In this document: in pieces, positions 63,505 through 64,000 of the stretch
Layout of the letters: every line of letters begins with the position of its first letter
Position numbering within the stretch: the first letter of the stretch is position 1
Assembly: GCA_964372045.1 (NCBI GenBank)
Contig: CAYJPO010000012.1
Location: 517 to 64,516 of the forward strand
Length of the DNA: 64,000 nt
Direction of reading: 5' to 3'
Origin: an uncultured Anaerolinea sp.
GTDB taxonomy: Bacteria; Chloroflexota; Anaerolineae; Anaerolineales; Villigracilaceae
The notes under the pieces: model-generated
Databases searched by the model: none
What the model saw: the letters and a program-made list of their open reading frames with translations, nothing else
What the model was told of the DNA's origin: nothing
Position numbers and translations under genes: made by a program

Positions 63505-64000
63505 ATGAAAAAAATTATGAAGTTTAATTTTTTATTAGTAGCGCTATGTATTGCAATTATTCTGTCCTTGTTTATGACGGTCTCAGTCGTCGCAGACGAT
63601 GGTACTCCCACACCGGGAGCAGGGGAAGAGCAGACGCCAATTTCCACAGAAGAACCGCCACAGGACGGGACCGAAGAAGCTGCTACTGAGATACCCGAAG
63701 ATTTCCCCACCCCTGAAGGGGATAATTTGCTTGCTCCAACCCCAGAACCTGTTGAATTAGATGGTGATGCTCCAGCTGAAAATTCCTTGTCGCTTCCTGA
63801 AGTTCAAGAGGAATTGCCACAGGATGCCGCCTTTGTCGTCCTTATTGATGGGGAGGTGGAACCGCTTGTGACACAGGCAGCGGCGGATGCTATCGTTATT
63901 GGTGACCCGATATGGTGCCCTGCAACGGTCGCGCCCGATGCAGGGATGAACGGTTGTACGCCCACCCAGCCGGACTTGTATACCTTGATCGACGGAATTC
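63505..64000 (+). CDS. Secreted protein with acidic P/T/E-rich linker, 3'-truncated (absent from ORF track)
   Basis: Open to the window end: MKKIMKFNFLLVALC...VVADDGTPTP...GDPIWCPAT...GCTP; SD GGAG. Confidence 0.8.
   Translation, partial: MKKIMKFNFLLVALCIAIILSLFMTVSVVADDGTPTPGAGEEQTPISTEEPPQDGTEEAATEIPEDFPTPEGDNLLAPTPEPVELDGDAPAENSLSLPEVQEELPQDAAFVVLIDGEVEPLVTQAAADAIVIGDPIWCPATVAPDAGMNGCTPTQPDLYTLIDGI

Overview
A 64-kb chromosomal window, most likely from an Anaerolineae (Chloroflexota) bacterium. This is inferred from gene content (CpXC protein, P/T-rich lipoproteins, SdrD-B giant proteins, FHA-wHTH regulator), not from a marker gene. It has four parts. (i) 1-19.3 kb: housekeeping and signalling genes (mtaB, folD, di-haem cytochrome c, PadR/HAAS pair, GH25-4xSH3b-NAGPA wall hydrolase, ttuB-ttuA, Ser/Thr kinase divergent from an FHA-wHTH regulator, pepF, orphan histidine kinase, haloperoxidase/PAP2 lipoprotein). 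(ii) 19.5-39.4 kb: two giant secreted adhesin-like proteins (about 2160 and 4316 aa). Each ends in LPxTG, a conserved 23-aa linker and its own complete sortase domain (His/Cys/Arg intact), with no C-terminal membrane anchor. The larger one lies behind a c-di-GMP-II riboswitch that I folded by hand and that overlaps a terminator (predicted ON switch). (iii) 39.5-45 kb: a MITE-like element, a TIR protein with a RHIM/amyloid-like tail, a NYN nuclease, and a transporter-GNAT-HAMP operon. (iv) 45.3-63.4 kb: a visibly AT-richer exopolysaccharide locus mixing Wzx/Wzy genes with a BcsB-like protein, GT2, deacetylase, glycoside hydrolase and two degenerate GGDEF proteins, one fused to a Wzz domain. The best candidate for an undescribed system is the c-di-GMP-controlled self-sorting (cis-sortase) giant adhesin pair. 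All domain calls come from motif recognition by eye; no searches were run.
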